This document shows, piece by piece, positions 19,765 through 29,136 of a stretch of 64,000 nt of DNA; within the stretch, counting starts at the first letter, position 1, and every line of letters starts with the position of its first letter. Made by a program: the position numbers and the translations under genes. This DNA comes from a virus. The DNA lies in the IMG/VR virus record IMGVR_UViG_3300037189_023236. One strand, written 5' to 3'. A model generated the notes under the pieces. That model did no database searches and had not been told where the DNA came from. It saw only the letters and a program-made list of their open reading frames with translations.

Positions 19765-20869
19765 CTATCTGCTCCTGTTGAAATTTAGCGAATTGCTGAT
19801 CCAGCTCAGTCGTGACGTTCTCTGCCTGTAAAAGAGCTGTAGCCAGCTTCAACGCCTCTGGCTGCGATTTGAGCAACTCGCCAACAACCGTCATCAGATC
19901 ATTGCGCGCGACTGCGCGATTTGTCTCTGTTTCTCCACGCGATTTGTCAACGATTGCGTCGCAAAACAAATGCGCGGAATCGCCAACTGCGGTAGAAATT
20001 CGCAGAAAGGCATCGGGCAGCTTCTTGTCGAACTTAACCCGTACAAGCGGCTTGGCTACCGGTTCCGGCGACTCTTTTACAAGCTCTGCAATAGCGTTAG
20101 TCAGCGCGCCAGCGCAAAGCGTGTCCAATGTTTCCGGATCTTTGACCGTGTAGTTCACAAACCGGCGTGTTTTTAACTGCCGATTATCGCAATAGAATTC
20201 GCCGCTATCTTGGCGGCTAATCGCGAAGAAATACTTATCGGGGGCTTCGCTAATGTCTTGCATGCACGTAGAACCCGGCGACAGCATCGTAATCGGGCGA
20301 TTTTGCGCATTCACACTAGTCGCGGTCTCGGTTACATGAAAGTCGCCGGCGAGGACGATTTTCGCGTGATGGACATCGGTGAGCGCGCATTCAGGGCGCC
20401 CGACGTTCTTCATGAAATCCTGCCACACCTGATGCGTGATCAGGATATCCGTTTCTATTGGAACAGCGCTCAGTGCTTTCTGTATGTCACCCTTGGGCAA
20501 CCAATCGAGGCCGTAGACAAGCGCGCCGTCGATGTTGATCATGGTTTCGTGAATGTGCTTCGGCCATGAATGCACGGAAAGCCAGGGCGCATTCCGATCA
20601 TATTCGTGGTTGCCCTGAATGTAGAAAACAGGTACGCCCGCTGACTCCATTTTTGACATCTGCCGGCATAGCACAGATATCGGGCGCGCGGAATTCGTTT
20701 TCTTCTCGAGCACGTCGCCGCCAAGAATGAGCGGTAACTGCTGCTCAATGCAGTAATCAACAATTTGCTCAAAGCTGTAGTACGCGTCGCCGTAAATCCC
20801 CGGCCGGGTTGTCCATGCGCCGTCAGCAAGATGCGTGTCAGCGCAGAAAACAAAAAGAGGCTTCATCAA
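19751..20869 (-). CDS. sbcD: SbcD/Mre11-like metallophosphoesterase nuclease
   Basis: ADTH, GGD, GNHE, THQ, GDFH, SPGS motifs; overlaps sbcC. Confidence 0.92.
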   Translation of the reverse strand: MMKPLFVFCADTHLADGAWTTRPGIYGDAYYSFEQIVDYCIEQQLPLILGGDVLEKKTNSARPISVLCRQMSKMESAGVPVFYIQGNHEYDRNAPWLSVHSWPKHIHETMINIDGALVYGLDWLPKGDIQKALSAVPIETDILITHQVWQDFMKNVGRPECALTDVHHAKIVLAGDFHVTETATSVNAQNRPITMLSPGSTCMQDISEAPDKYFFAISRQDSGEFYCDNRQLKTRRFVNYTVKDPETLDTLCAGALTNAIAELVKESPEPVAKPLVRVKFDKKLPDAFLRISTAVGDSAHLFCDAIVDKSRGETETNRAVARNDLMTVVGELLKSQPEALKLATALLQAENVTTELDQQFAKFQQEQIDAVA

Positions 20870-20878
20870 ACTTGATCC

Positions 20879-21505
20879 CTACTGCGAGTAGAAATAATCA
20901 TCATCTTCGTCTTCTTCATATTCGTCGTATTCTTCCCAGTCGTTCTCTTCCATGTCATAAAACGTATAATGCGCTTTGCCGTTCTTAATGTTCTTGGGAA
21001 GAATTGAAAACAGGTTGATCAGTGCCGTAATAATCGTCGTTTGCGGATTTGCCGCGTCTTCGGCTTGCTTCTGCAAATAGACGTCATTGAGCGACTTAAT
21101 AACCTGTTGCCACTGTGACGGATGGCCGCTACTCCACCCGTCGTGCGCCGGCGTGTTTTTATCTACTAGTAACGCATTTTTGGTGCTGGCGTCGATCAAC
21201 TTGAAAAATGACTGCGTAAACACATACGCAATTTGTTTGTGCGACACTTCGTCTTTGTACTTCTCTGCCAATTTTTTGCTCACAGTGCCGCACGCTTCTA
21301 TCTTGTTACAGTACTCGGTTTGCATTTTTTGCAGTTTTTTTGCCAGTATGGCGGCGTCAACTACGTTAGTAATGCCAAGATTTGCAGGATCTGTCAGCTG
21401 ATTTAGCCGCAAGATAAGGTAATAGTCATTTTTTACAGTGGCGCAATACAGCTTGATAAAACTGTACTCGTCATCTGACATCTTGCTGGAATCAAAATGT
21501 TGCAT
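20879..21505 (-). CDS. hypothetical protein with acidic C-terminal tail
   Basis: 208 aa, GGAG RBS. Confidence 0.6.
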   Translation of the reverse strand: MQHFDSSKMSDDEYSFIKLYCATVKNDYYLILRLNQLTDPANLGITNVVDAAILAKKLQKMQTEYCNKIEACGTVSKKLAEKYKDEVSHKQIAYVFTQSFFKLIDASTKNALLVDKNTPAHDGWSSGHPSQWQQVIKSLNDVYLQKQAEDAANPQTTIITALINLFSILPKNIKNGKAHYTFYDMEENDWEEYDEYEEDEDDDYFYSQ

Positions 21506-21528
21506 ATACGCGCAACTCCATTTGCTAA

Positions 21529-21744
21529 CTAACGCTGCGGCTTAACGCTTTTTTTGACGGTTTTCTTGCGGCTTTTGGCTAGCTTTACTGGCTTTAGAAA
21601 ATCTTCATAGGCGTCGTAGCCCTCGATTATCGCTACGGGGGCGTTGTACTCTGCGCAATCACGATCGCAGTGCGCAGCAAAGTTTCTAACAAATGCGCCA
21701 ACATCGAACCCGTCCTCGAGCTTAACTCTGATGTTCAAGTGCAT
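21529..21744 (-). CDS. hypothetical protein
   Basis: 71 aa, GGAGG RBS. Confidence 0.6.
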   Translation of the reverse strand: MHLNIRVKLEDGFDVGAFVRNFAAHCDRDCAEYNAPVAIIEGYDAYEDFLKPVKLAKSRKKTVKKSVKPQR

Positions 21745-21792
21745 AACGCACCTCCATAGTTACGCAAAACAAAACTACGTTCACGACGCTGT

Positions 21793-22230
21793 TTAAAACT
21801 CTACGTCCACTTCCGGAAACAATTTCTGCAGTTTTTTGACAAAAGCAGTCAATTCGTTAACGTCCGCAAGACATTTATCATCAAGCGGGTTGTCTTTTAA
21901 ACCATCTACGTGATACCAAATACGCTCGGCAACCGCTTGTACCACATCTTTTGCCAAAGCTCGCGGAACCGGAACCATTACAACGTCAGTAGCCGGCGGC
22001 GATGAAGAACTAGCAGGTATCGCCCACAAATCGTCCTCTTCTGGTGGCATATCATTATCCTCCTCTAAGTCATCGCGGTCCGTGTCGCATATGTAGCAAA
22101 CCCAAAATGTGTTGTGATCCAGCGTAATTTCTTCTCGTTCGGCACCGCACGCAGGGCAAATGCTTTCCAACCTGTACTCTTCGTCCGCTTTTGCCATTTC
22201 TTCTTCTAACTGTCGTTTTGCGCCACTCAT
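21793..22230 (-). CDS. zinc-ribbon protein
   Basis: CPAC...CYIC; AAGGAG RBS. Confidence 0.6.
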   Translation of the reverse strand: MSGAKRQLEEEMAKADEEYRLESICPACGAEREEITLDHNTFWVCYICDTDRDDLEEDNDMPPEEDDLWAIPASSSSPPATDVVMVPVPRALAKDVVQAVAERIWYHVDGLKDNPLDDKCLADVNELTAFVKKLQKLFPEVDVEF

Positions 22231-22267
22231 ATTTGAACTCCTTTCGTAAAAACGAGACGCTACACCA

Positions 22268-22338
22268 ATGCCCGACTAGGATTCGAACCTAGACAAAGAG
22301 AACCAAAATCTCTTGTGCTACCGTTACACCATCGGGCA
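22268..22338 (-). tRNA. tRNA-Gln(UUG), CCA not encoded
   Basis: Acceptor TGCCCGA/TCGGGCA, D-arm GGTGTAACGGTAGCAC, anticodon loop TTTTGGT, T-loop GGTTCGAATCC. Confidence 0.95.
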
Positions 22339-22498
22339 ACCGCGCTGCAACATCCAGTTGCTACGGCATCTGACACCACTGAGTAGAAAGTTTCCGCAGT
22401 GTGTCAGCATCTGTCGTTTTAGCCCACGAACAGCTCGGGCGCCGGGTTGTCGACCATGCTGGCGGGCAATGAACTCCGCCTTCGACAACGTGCCTGGT

Positions 22499-23065
22499 CT
22501 AGCAGAGCGCCGGCTCGCCCTTCGAAATCGCCACGAATTTCTTCGCTAACTCGACAGTTGCGAGAACGTCGGCCATCGCATTGTGCGCATCTCCAGTCTC
22601 GATTTTAAACAGCTGCCGCAAAGCTACGAGGCTGCAAAAATTCGGGATGGTGTTTGAGATAGTGTAGAACCGCGCCACAGACGCTGTGTCGAGTTCTGGG
22701 TATGTGCAGTAGTTTTTCCACATCGCTTCTGGAAGCAACTGAGTCCAAATGAAATCAAGGTCAAACTTGATGTTGTGACCGACAGGGATGAGCTTTTTAT
22801 TGCCAGAGATTTCCATGCCGTCGCGTAAAAATTGCTCAAGCTCTTCCGACGCAAGCTGCGGCGACATAGACGTAGCCGCGTGTTCTGCCAGATTGATTTT
22901 GTTCACCCGCATCGCGCCCGGGCTCACAATGTATACGGGCGGTTTGACACCAAAACAGGTTTTGCGCAGCACATTAAACTGATCGTCCGCAATAGCCGCG
23001 GCGACTGTCAGCAAACTGTAGTCTGCTGTTAGCCCTCCCGTCTCAGTATCTACAAACACGAACAT
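22499..23065 (-). CDS. DEDDh 3'-5' exonuclease (DnaQ-like)
   Basis: VDTETGG, GHNIKFD, LDT, AHNAMAD. Confidence 0.9.
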   Translation of the reverse strand: MFVFVDTETGGLTADYSLLTVAAAIADDQFNVLRKTCFGVKPPVYIVSPGAMRVNKINLAEHAATSMSPQLASEELEQFLRDGMEISGNKKLIPVGHNIKFDLDFIWTQLLPEAMWKNYCTYPELDTASVARFYTISNTIPNFCSLVALRQLFKIETGDAHNAMADVLATVELAKKFVAISKGEPALC

Positions 23066-23079
23066 ACCGCCTCCGTTCG

Positions 23080-23385
23080 TTACGCTCCGGCTTGCTTGCG
23101 CTCGTGCTCATCAAGGGCAAACTGCGCCAGCGCCGGCAACAGATCGTGACTGCATTGCGTGCCGCCAACGTGTTTGCCAATATGCCAAAGAATAGCGCGA
23201 AGCGAATCTTCCGGAAGCTCGCCGACACTGCAATTTGCGTCGTCTGAGTCTGTCTCTAAGTTAGCGATGTCAGCAAGGGTGACAAAATCCAACACAACGA
23301 GCACATCCTGGTACTCTGCACAGACGGCTTTTAATGCAGCCGCAGCAAGCATAGCACGCTTTTTTGTGTCTTCGGACAGAGGCAT
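23080..23385 (-). CDS. hypothetical protein
   Basis: 101 aa, AAGGAG RBS. Confidence 0.6.
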   Translation of the reverse strand: MPLSEDTKKRAMLAAAALKAVCAEYQDVLVVLDFVTLADIANLETDSDDANCSVGELPEDSLRAILWHIGKHVGGTQCSHDLLPALAQFALDEHERKQAGA

Positions 23386-23396
23386 GGCAATACTCC

Positions 23397-23624
23397 TTAT
23401 GATGTCAGTTCAACTTCTTGAAGGCTTACAATTTTTCCGCCTTTTGCGGTCAAAATAACTGCCGTGTCGCCTGACGTTGTCTTAGTTTTTTCTTTGGCAA
23501 ATACGACGATCTCTTTAAATGTGCGTTTGCCAATAGCATTACCCAATTTTCGAATGAAAAAAGTTTCGAGCGTATCGGCCTCGATTTCAACAATCTGACA
23601 ATATGTCTCTGCTTCTTTTGTCAT
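23397..23624 (-). CDS. hypothetical protein
   Basis: 75 aa, operon packing. Confidence 0.5.
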   Translation of the reverse strand: MTKEAETYCQIVEIEADTLETFFIRKLGNAIGKRTFKEIVVFAKEKTKTTSGDTAVILTAKGGKIVSLQEVELTS

Positions 23625-23628
23625 AGCT

Positions 23629-25149
23629 TCATGCTTTCATTTTTGTAACTAGAGCAGTTGTGCTTGTGCCAGGCACCATCGGCACCAGAACAACGCGCCC
23701 AGGAACTTCTTGTTGCATCACGTCGTCAGCGCCAACAACTCTTCGGCCGGCGTACTCAGCGCCTTTTACAAGCACTGCGGGTTGCACGTCCCGAATTAGG
23801 TTGAGCAGCGTATTATGCCCGCTCGATGCGGCGTCGTCAAACACACAGACAGCCGCAACGCCGGCCAATGCCGCTACATTGCCGGCGCGTGTTTCTTGAT
23901 CTTGAATAGGCCTATTTTTGCCTTTGTTTCTGCGTACGTTGTCGTCGGAATCTACGGCTACGAGTAATATGTCGCCTTCGGCACGCGCGCGCTGCAATAG
24001 CGTTCTGTGGCCTGTGTGCAAAAGATCAAAGCAACCGTTCGTAAATACGATGCGAAAGCCCGCCGCTCGGCGAATTTGCGCAAACCGCACAAACTCGCTT
24101 GGGGACAGCACTCGCCCGTCAAGGCGCGAACAGCTGGCAACCTCTTTGAGCACCTGCCGCTCATTTACGGCTTTCGTGCTATTTGTGCGTACTCGTTGCC
24201 CTGCCGCTGAAAAACCGAAAGAGAGGACCAGCGGGATAGTGGTTGGTGTCAGAATACGGGGATTAAATTCCCCTAATTCCGAAAAACCCATAATAATACC
24301 GGCAAGAAAAACGTCGCCGGCACCTACACAATTTCCAGATGAATACGTTTTTGGCGCTTTTACAAACGCCGCGTCGCGCTGCTTAAAAACGTACCAGACG
24401 CCATGAGATCCGGCTGTGACCAGCAAAAACGTGGTGCGCAGCTCTTTGGCTACGAATTCCAACTTCTGCTGAATGGTCTCGGCTATCGACGAGGACTCTG
24501 GCAGCAGATCTTTTGTAAAACCAAATTTGGCTGCAAACTCGTCAAGCTCCGTCATGTTTATTTTGACGAGATCGGCGCCGATGTACTCGCCGAGCGTTTG
24601 CGGCTTGGCGTCTACAAACACGGGCACGCCGCAAGCTTTTGCAGACGATACTATGCCGCCGCGGGTCGCCGCGGATATACAACCTTTGGCGTAATCGGAC
24701 ACAACTACGCACTGGGCTGTTTTAATCTCTGAAATTATGGCATCAATTTGCAACGGCCCTTGAATAGCATTTAGTGACTGTTCAGAGTCGTGCCGCATCA
24801 AAATGTGCCCGTTGGCGTTTACATAACGAGTCTTAATCGGCGTGCAAAACATGCTCGTCCGATGCACGCGCGTAACGTCAATGTATTTAGCCAGCCTGTG
24901 CAGCGCTACTTGTGTTGGCACTTTGTCGTCGGTCATTGAAAACAGACAACCAGAAAATCCCAACCGGCCGACGGCGTCCATTAACAAACCTGCGCCTCCC
25001 GGTCGGATCTGACAATCCCCCGGGAGGCTGCAGAGCGCCATTGCAGCGTGTTCAACGTTTCGATTTGCAGGTGTGACACGCCACCAAATATCAACAAGAA
25101 AGTCGCCTATTCCGACGATCTTTCCACGATGTGCATTTTTTTGCGTCAT
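23629..25149 (-). CDS. hldE: bifunctional heptose-7-phosphate kinase / heptose-1-phosphate nucleotidyltransferase
   Basis: PfkB domain (IGDFLVD, PGGAG, KTRY, SDYAKG, VDAKP, GAGDVF) fused to FTNGCFDLLHTGH...KG..RP...LVKGAEY...STT domain. Confidence 0.88.
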   Translation of the reverse strand: MTQKNAHRGKIVGIGDFLVDIWWRVTPANRNVEHAAMALCSLPGDCQIRPGGAGLLMDAVGRLGFSGCLFSMTDDKVPTQVALHRLAKYIDVTRVHRTSMFCTPIKTRYVNANGHILMRHDSEQSLNAIQGPLQIDAIISEIKTAQCVVVSDYAKGCISAATRGGIVSSAKACGVPVFVDAKPQTLGEYIGADLVKINMTELDEFAAKFGFTKDLLPESSSIAETIQQKLEFVAKELRTTFLLVTAGSHGVWYVFKQRDAAFVKAPKTYSSGNCVGAGDVFLAGIIMGFSELGEFNPRILTPTTIPLVLSFGFSAAGQRVRTNSTKAVNERQVLKEVASCSRLDGRVLSPSEFVRFAQIRRAAGFRIVFTNGCFDLLHTGHRTLLQRARAEGDILLVAVDSDDNVRRNKGKNRPIQDQETRAGNVAALAGVAAVCVFDDAASSGHNTLLNLIRDVQPAVLVKGAEYAGRRVVGADDVMQQEVPGRVVLVPMVPGTSTTALVTKMKA

Positions 25150-26279
25150 ACAACAAGCAAAACGGTTGACTGCCCGTTCAAAGGAAATAAATAAACACCG
25201 CGCGCTGTAAATTCACGCGGCGTATCCAGCCGCATAAGAATTTTGCCGTCGCTGGGGCGCACTAATGTTGATGTAATGTACGGCCGAATGGCGGCGTGTT
25301 GGGCGGTAATTACCACGCGTAAATCCGTGTCGGCCACGTCAATAATTTTCATTGCGCCTTCTGCCGTATCATGACTACCCCAACGAGCTTTGTCAATAAC
25401 ATTCTCGCATGCCGCCAGCTCATCGAGTGTCGCCACGCAAAGGTACGGCGTCATAGTGAAATTGCCGAAATTTTTGTCTAACTTGTCGCTGATTTCTTGC
25501 GCATTTTCTGGACTTACTTGTGACAGCAAAAACGGCATGAACAACTTAGCGCAAGCCAGCAAATACGGCGGAAGCTCGCTTGTGTCGTAATCTTTCGTCA
25601 CGGCCAGCGTCAGCGACATGCTTGGAACGCACACGTACTCGCCCGTCTCGAGCAGCACGTGCGCTTTCTCATCGACCAGGTGCGCCAAACCCCACAGCTC
25701 CGGCCCAAAACCGCCGCCAAGCAGTTCGCCGCGATAGACAACGATTTCAAGCGGACTAAGGTCTACAGCGGCAACAGTGCCTGGCGTAAAAATCTTTAGC
25801 GTATTAGCGCGATAATTCAGCTCCGGCGCCATTGCTGCCGTCGTTTTTGTCTGAACACTGTCTGCCACAATGCCGCGCAGAATGGACTCTTTTGCGTATT
25901 CCGGGTTTTCCTGCAAAAGCGCAATAAACGTAAACAAGCTTTCCAGCAAAACCGAATGCTTGTCTGCGTCTCTAACATTGTTCTCTGTGAATATGTTTGC
26001 GTACGTTTGAGACGTTAGCGTCGTATTTATTGGAAAATCGACAGCGTTCCACTGTAACTGCCGCAGATCTTTAAAAACCTGCGCGAGCAAATCACACATG
26101 GTATCGCGCGGCATACGCGATGCCGGCATAACGCGCTGCGCTAAAGCTATTATTGCGGCAGCTGCCATAAAAACATCACGCGAGTCAGCCGATTTGTTTG
26201 ATTCCGAGTACGCGCCTAAAAACTGATTTAACGTATCAACCGCTGATTTTTTCTGTTCGACCGCTGTTTGCGTAGCCAT
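25146..26279 (-). CDS. hypothetical protein
   Basis: 377 aa, ATGA overlap with hldE. Confidence 0.65.
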   Translation of the reverse strand: MATQTAVEQKKSAVDTLNQFLGAYSESNKSADSRDVFMAAAAIIALAQRVMPASRMPRDTMCDLLAQVFKDLRQLQWNAVDFPINTTLTSQTYANIFTENNVRDADKHSVLLESLFTFIALLQENPEYAKESILRGIVADSVQTKTTAAMAPELNYRANTLKIFTPGTVAAVDLSPLEIVVYRGELLGGGFGPELWGLAHLVDEKAHVLLETGEYVCVPSMSLTLAVTKDYDTSELPPYLLACAKLFMPFLLSQVSPENAQEISDKLDKNFGNFTMTPYLCVATLDELAACENVIDKARWGSHDTAEGAMKIIDVADTDLRVVITAQHAAIRPYITSTLVRPSDGKILMRLDTPREFTARGVYLFPLNGQSTVLLVV

Positions 26280-27426
26280 CCGTTACTCCCTTGTAAACTG
26301 CCTCACACGCCGAATACAGTTGCGACAAAATTTCGCTGTAGGATTCCCATGTGGAATCATTAATGTACGACATTATCGGCGCGGCGAAGACGTGCCGCGG
26401 CGTTGCGCACGATGCGGCAAGCGCCATTGTTAAAACGTTTGACGCCGAGCTCGAATCCGGGCCCGTATAGATGAACACGCTTGAAGCGCCGCCATTTGTA
26501 GCTGTCCGAATAAACTCAATGAATGCCAGCATGTCTACATACGCTGTCATGCATACCGCGGCGTTGAACTTGGTTCCGGCTACAACCGGCGCAACGTGCA
26601 TAAGAGAATCGCCAATAGTTGTTTGCACAAAAACCGGCAAACCCATATCATACGCCGTTGATATAACGCTGTTTGCACGCCGCTCTGCGCCGGTTAGCGC
26701 CCAATTACCGAAAGCTTCACCGGCGCCGATGTTACGAACAGCGGCGTTGTTCAAAATAGCTGCAAGCTCAGTCGGCGGCAGCTGCAAATCAGCAGAAACC
26801 GCTGAACTGGGTAGAGCAATTGCTGTAATCCACTTGTTCCGCAAAAACGCGCATATAAGCGGACCGCAGCCAAGCTCCAGCAAATTATCTGTCACATAAA
26901 GCAGCACAGGTTTAAAAGCCAACCGCGCTTCAAACATGTCGCGCGCAAGCCCTTTAATCGCTGGCAAAATTTGGTCAACGGGCCGAAGTGGATTCGCTAA
27001 CGATGCGGATGGCGTTTTATTTTTTGCAAACAACTCCGGATCTATAAGCGCTGTATCGAACAATGGTTGTGAGCTGCCGCCGGCCGGATTAACGGGCAAA
27101 AAAGTATCAGCGTCCGTTTTATGTTTGCGCATTGGTCCTGTTCCACAAAAAAGCCACTCAGCCTCTACGACTCCGCTTTCGACAAATTTAGTAAACGTCG
27201 ACAGGCGAAGGCGGGCCGTAGAATTCAGAATCCGGTGCATCCAAGACTTAGAGAAGCCAACTGCTGCGCCGTACGACTCCATGTCTCCGCCAAATACATG
27301 CTCGCCCACATAACGAAGCCGTTGAATAATGGCATCAACTTTAGGGGATGAACGGAATGACGACTGGCGGCGGCTCGACTTTGGGCGTGCTGACCCGTCC
27401 TCGTTTGTAGAGACATCCTGTCCCAT
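26236..27426 (-). CDS. Cro/cI-type HTH fused to a degenerate deoxyhypusine-synthase-like domain
   Basis: N-terminal MESYGAAVGFSKSWMHRIL...VEAEWLFCGTGPM (repressor-like); C-terminal PVLL...PLI...WITAIA...GAGEAFG...SVISTAYDMGLPVFVQTTIGD. Confidence 0.5.
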   Translation of the reverse strand: MGQDVSTNEDGSARPKSSRRQSSFRSSPKVDAIIQRLRYVGEHVFGGDMESYGAAVGFSKSWMHRILNSTARLRLSTFTKFVESGVVEAEWLFCGTGPMRKHKTDADTFLPVNPAGGSSQPLFDTALIDPELFAKNKTPSASLANPLRPVDQILPAIKGLARDMFEARLAFKPVLLYVTDNLLELGCGPLICAFLRNKWITAIALPSSAVSADLQLPPTELAAILNNAAVRNIGAGEAFGNWALTGAERRANSVISTAYDMGLPVFVQTTIGDSLMHVAPVVAGTKFNAAVCMTAYVDMLAFIEFIRTATNGGASSVFIYTGPDSSSASNVLTMALAASCATPRHVFAAPIMSYINDSTWESYSEILSQLYSACEAVYKGVTDGYANSGRTEKISG

Positions 27427-28306
27427 TCGATAACCTCAGATTGTTACGAGCATGGAGCACAGAGGCTGTCAGCTCAACGTATGACGCGAGTAACCCACGC
27501 GGATACTCTACAAAACAACCTAACGCCGCCATAGTAGCCTGAAAGTCAGAGATTTTCGCTGACTGCAAAAAAATAGCCGAAGACTTTTTAGCACGATTTA
27601 CTGGCCGCCGAGCTTTAGGGCGGGTAATAAAGAACTGGCGAATTTGAATTTCCCAACCGTCGTCTACGGGATTTACAACAACCCGCCAAAGCGAGCCAAA
27701 TGTCTGCGCCTGCAATTGCTTTTTAAGCTGTCGGTATTTGTGCTGCTCGCCCTGCAGAACGTTTCGCAGTATCCCGGCATTTTCGTAGACGTTGTTAATA
27801 TCCCAGCCTATTTGCTCAAAGTCTTTTGCCAAAACCTTGTAGGTCTCGATGCGGCATGTAGCCACAGCAAACACGCCGCGCTTTTGAAGCCCCTTAATAG
27901 CGCGAGAAACGCGTTTATAGAGGTCTTCCGCGTGCCTAGCTGCGCAGAACGGACAACTGCTAAAACGCCCGCAGAGCCGCAGCTGGACCTCGTCTTTAGG
28001 CCAATAGTAAACCAGATTGGTCGGCCGGCAATACATGCACCGCTGCACTGACGATTTTTTAATCTGCAGGCTGTTGTATCGCGGACTGGGCAGCCACAAC
28101 TCGCGGCAGGCCAGCTCTTTGATTAGCGCAAACCAGAGCAAATGCGCGCGCCATAGCCGGCGTTTAATAGACGCCGGCATAAGCGATCGAAATTTTCGTT
28201 TATGCGTCACGGCCGGAATGATCACATGCCTGTACGCGAACACTTGTGACCGAAAACGCTGTACAAACCGAACCCGCCAGCGCCGCGGATAGAACAGATC
28301 AAACAC
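27341..28306 (-). CDS. basic Cys-motif protein
   Basis: 321 aa; CMYC and CGRFSSCPFC putative zinc ligands. Confidence 0.55.
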   Translation of the reverse strand: MFDLFYPRRWRVRFVQRFRSQVFAYRHVIIPAVTHKRKFRSLMPASIKRRLWRAHLLWFALIKELACRELWLPSPRYNSLQIKKSSVQRCMYCRPTNLVYYWPKDEVQLRLCGRFSSCPFCAARHAEDLYKRVSRAIKGLQKRGVFAVATCRIETYKVLAKDFEQIGWDINNVYENAGILRNVLQGEQHKYRQLKKQLQAQTFGSLWRVVVNPVDDGWEIQIRQFFITRPKARRPVNRAKKSSAIFLQSAKISDFQATMAALGCFVEYPRGLLASYVELTASVLHARNNLRLSNGTGCLYKRGRVSTPKVEPPPVVIPFIP

Positions 28307-28327
28307 GCATGCATCCTTGGTAAAAAG

Positions 28328-28358
28328 TGTGCAGGGGCGGGATTAGCGCCCCTGCACA
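28328..28358 (-). terminator. intrinsic terminator
   Basis: TGTGCAGGGGCG/CGCCCCTGCACA stem, then CTTTTT on the minus strand. Confidence 0.75.
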
Positions 28359-28367
28359 CAAACACAG

Positions 28368-28742
28368 CTACCGCGGCTGGGAAGTCGACACAAATGCACC
28401 TGAGCGAACGTCGTATGACAGCGCAGGTATACGTGCCTCTTCTCGCTTTTTCCCGCGAAACCGTTTTTCTGCTTCGTCTTCGGGCCAAGATGCGCGGATC
28501 TCTGCCGCCCGTATGGCTATCTCTTCTTCCGAAGGATCATCAGCCAACATGCCAGTAATTGCGTATCTTGCCGACCGCTGCCAATTGTGTTCCGCTGCAA
28601 TCCTGTAAAGACGAGTGCGCGTAATACCAGAGACAAGAATAATGTCACTAATTGGCCGGCCGTCTTCCCACATCTGCTGCGTAACCGACAGCGCCAATTT
28701 TGGCTCAACAAGTTTGTTTTTTAATTTTGCGGTTTGCGTCAT
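28368..28742 (-). CDS. HTH-domain protein
   Basis: MWEDGRPISDIILVSGITRTRLYRIA; DPSEEEIAIRAAEIR. Confidence 0.55.
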   Translation of the reverse strand: MTQTAKLKNKLVEPKLALSVTQQMWEDGRPISDIILVSGITRTRLYRIAAEHNWQRSARYAITGMLADDPSEEEIAIRAAEIRASWPEDEAEKRFRGKKREEARIPALSYDVRSGAFVSTSQPR

Positions 28743-28763
28743 GCAAAACAGCCCTTTGATTAG

Positions 28764-29135
28764 TTATTCTTCCTTGACAAAAACTCCTTCCGGCGTCAAG
28801 TAACCCTTACGATCTTTAATGGCGTCGTAAGCAATCTCAAGGCACATGCGAGGACAAACACCCTGTGTTGCGGCATACATAATCAGCGTGACAATAACAT
28901 CGCCAACGCCGTCCACAATTTCTTCGCGGTCGCATTGAAGAGTGGCGTCAGACAGCTCGCCTAGCTCGCTCATGCACTTTAGCAATTGCGCCGCTGGCGT
29001 ACTGTTCTTTGTAATCAGCCGGTCGTCACCCCATTTACGCACTTTTTCAACAAGCTGATCGAGCGACGGCGGAACAGGCGGTGTATTCGCCGGTTCCTTT
29101 TTAGTTGGCAGATGGTGCTTAATCCAGTGCAGCAT
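28764..29135 (-). CDS. MazG-like nucleotide pyrophosphohydrolase
   Basis: QLLKCMSELGEL...DGVGDVIVTLI...AYDAIKDRKG...GVFVKE. Confidence 0.85.
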   Translation of the reverse strand: MLHWIKHHLPTKKEPANTPPVPPSLDQLVEKVRKWGDDRLITKNSTPAAQLLKCMSELGELSDATLQCDREEIVDGVGDVIVTLIMYAATQGVCPRMCLEIAYDAIKDRKGYLTPEGVFVKEE

Positions 29136-29136
29136 G

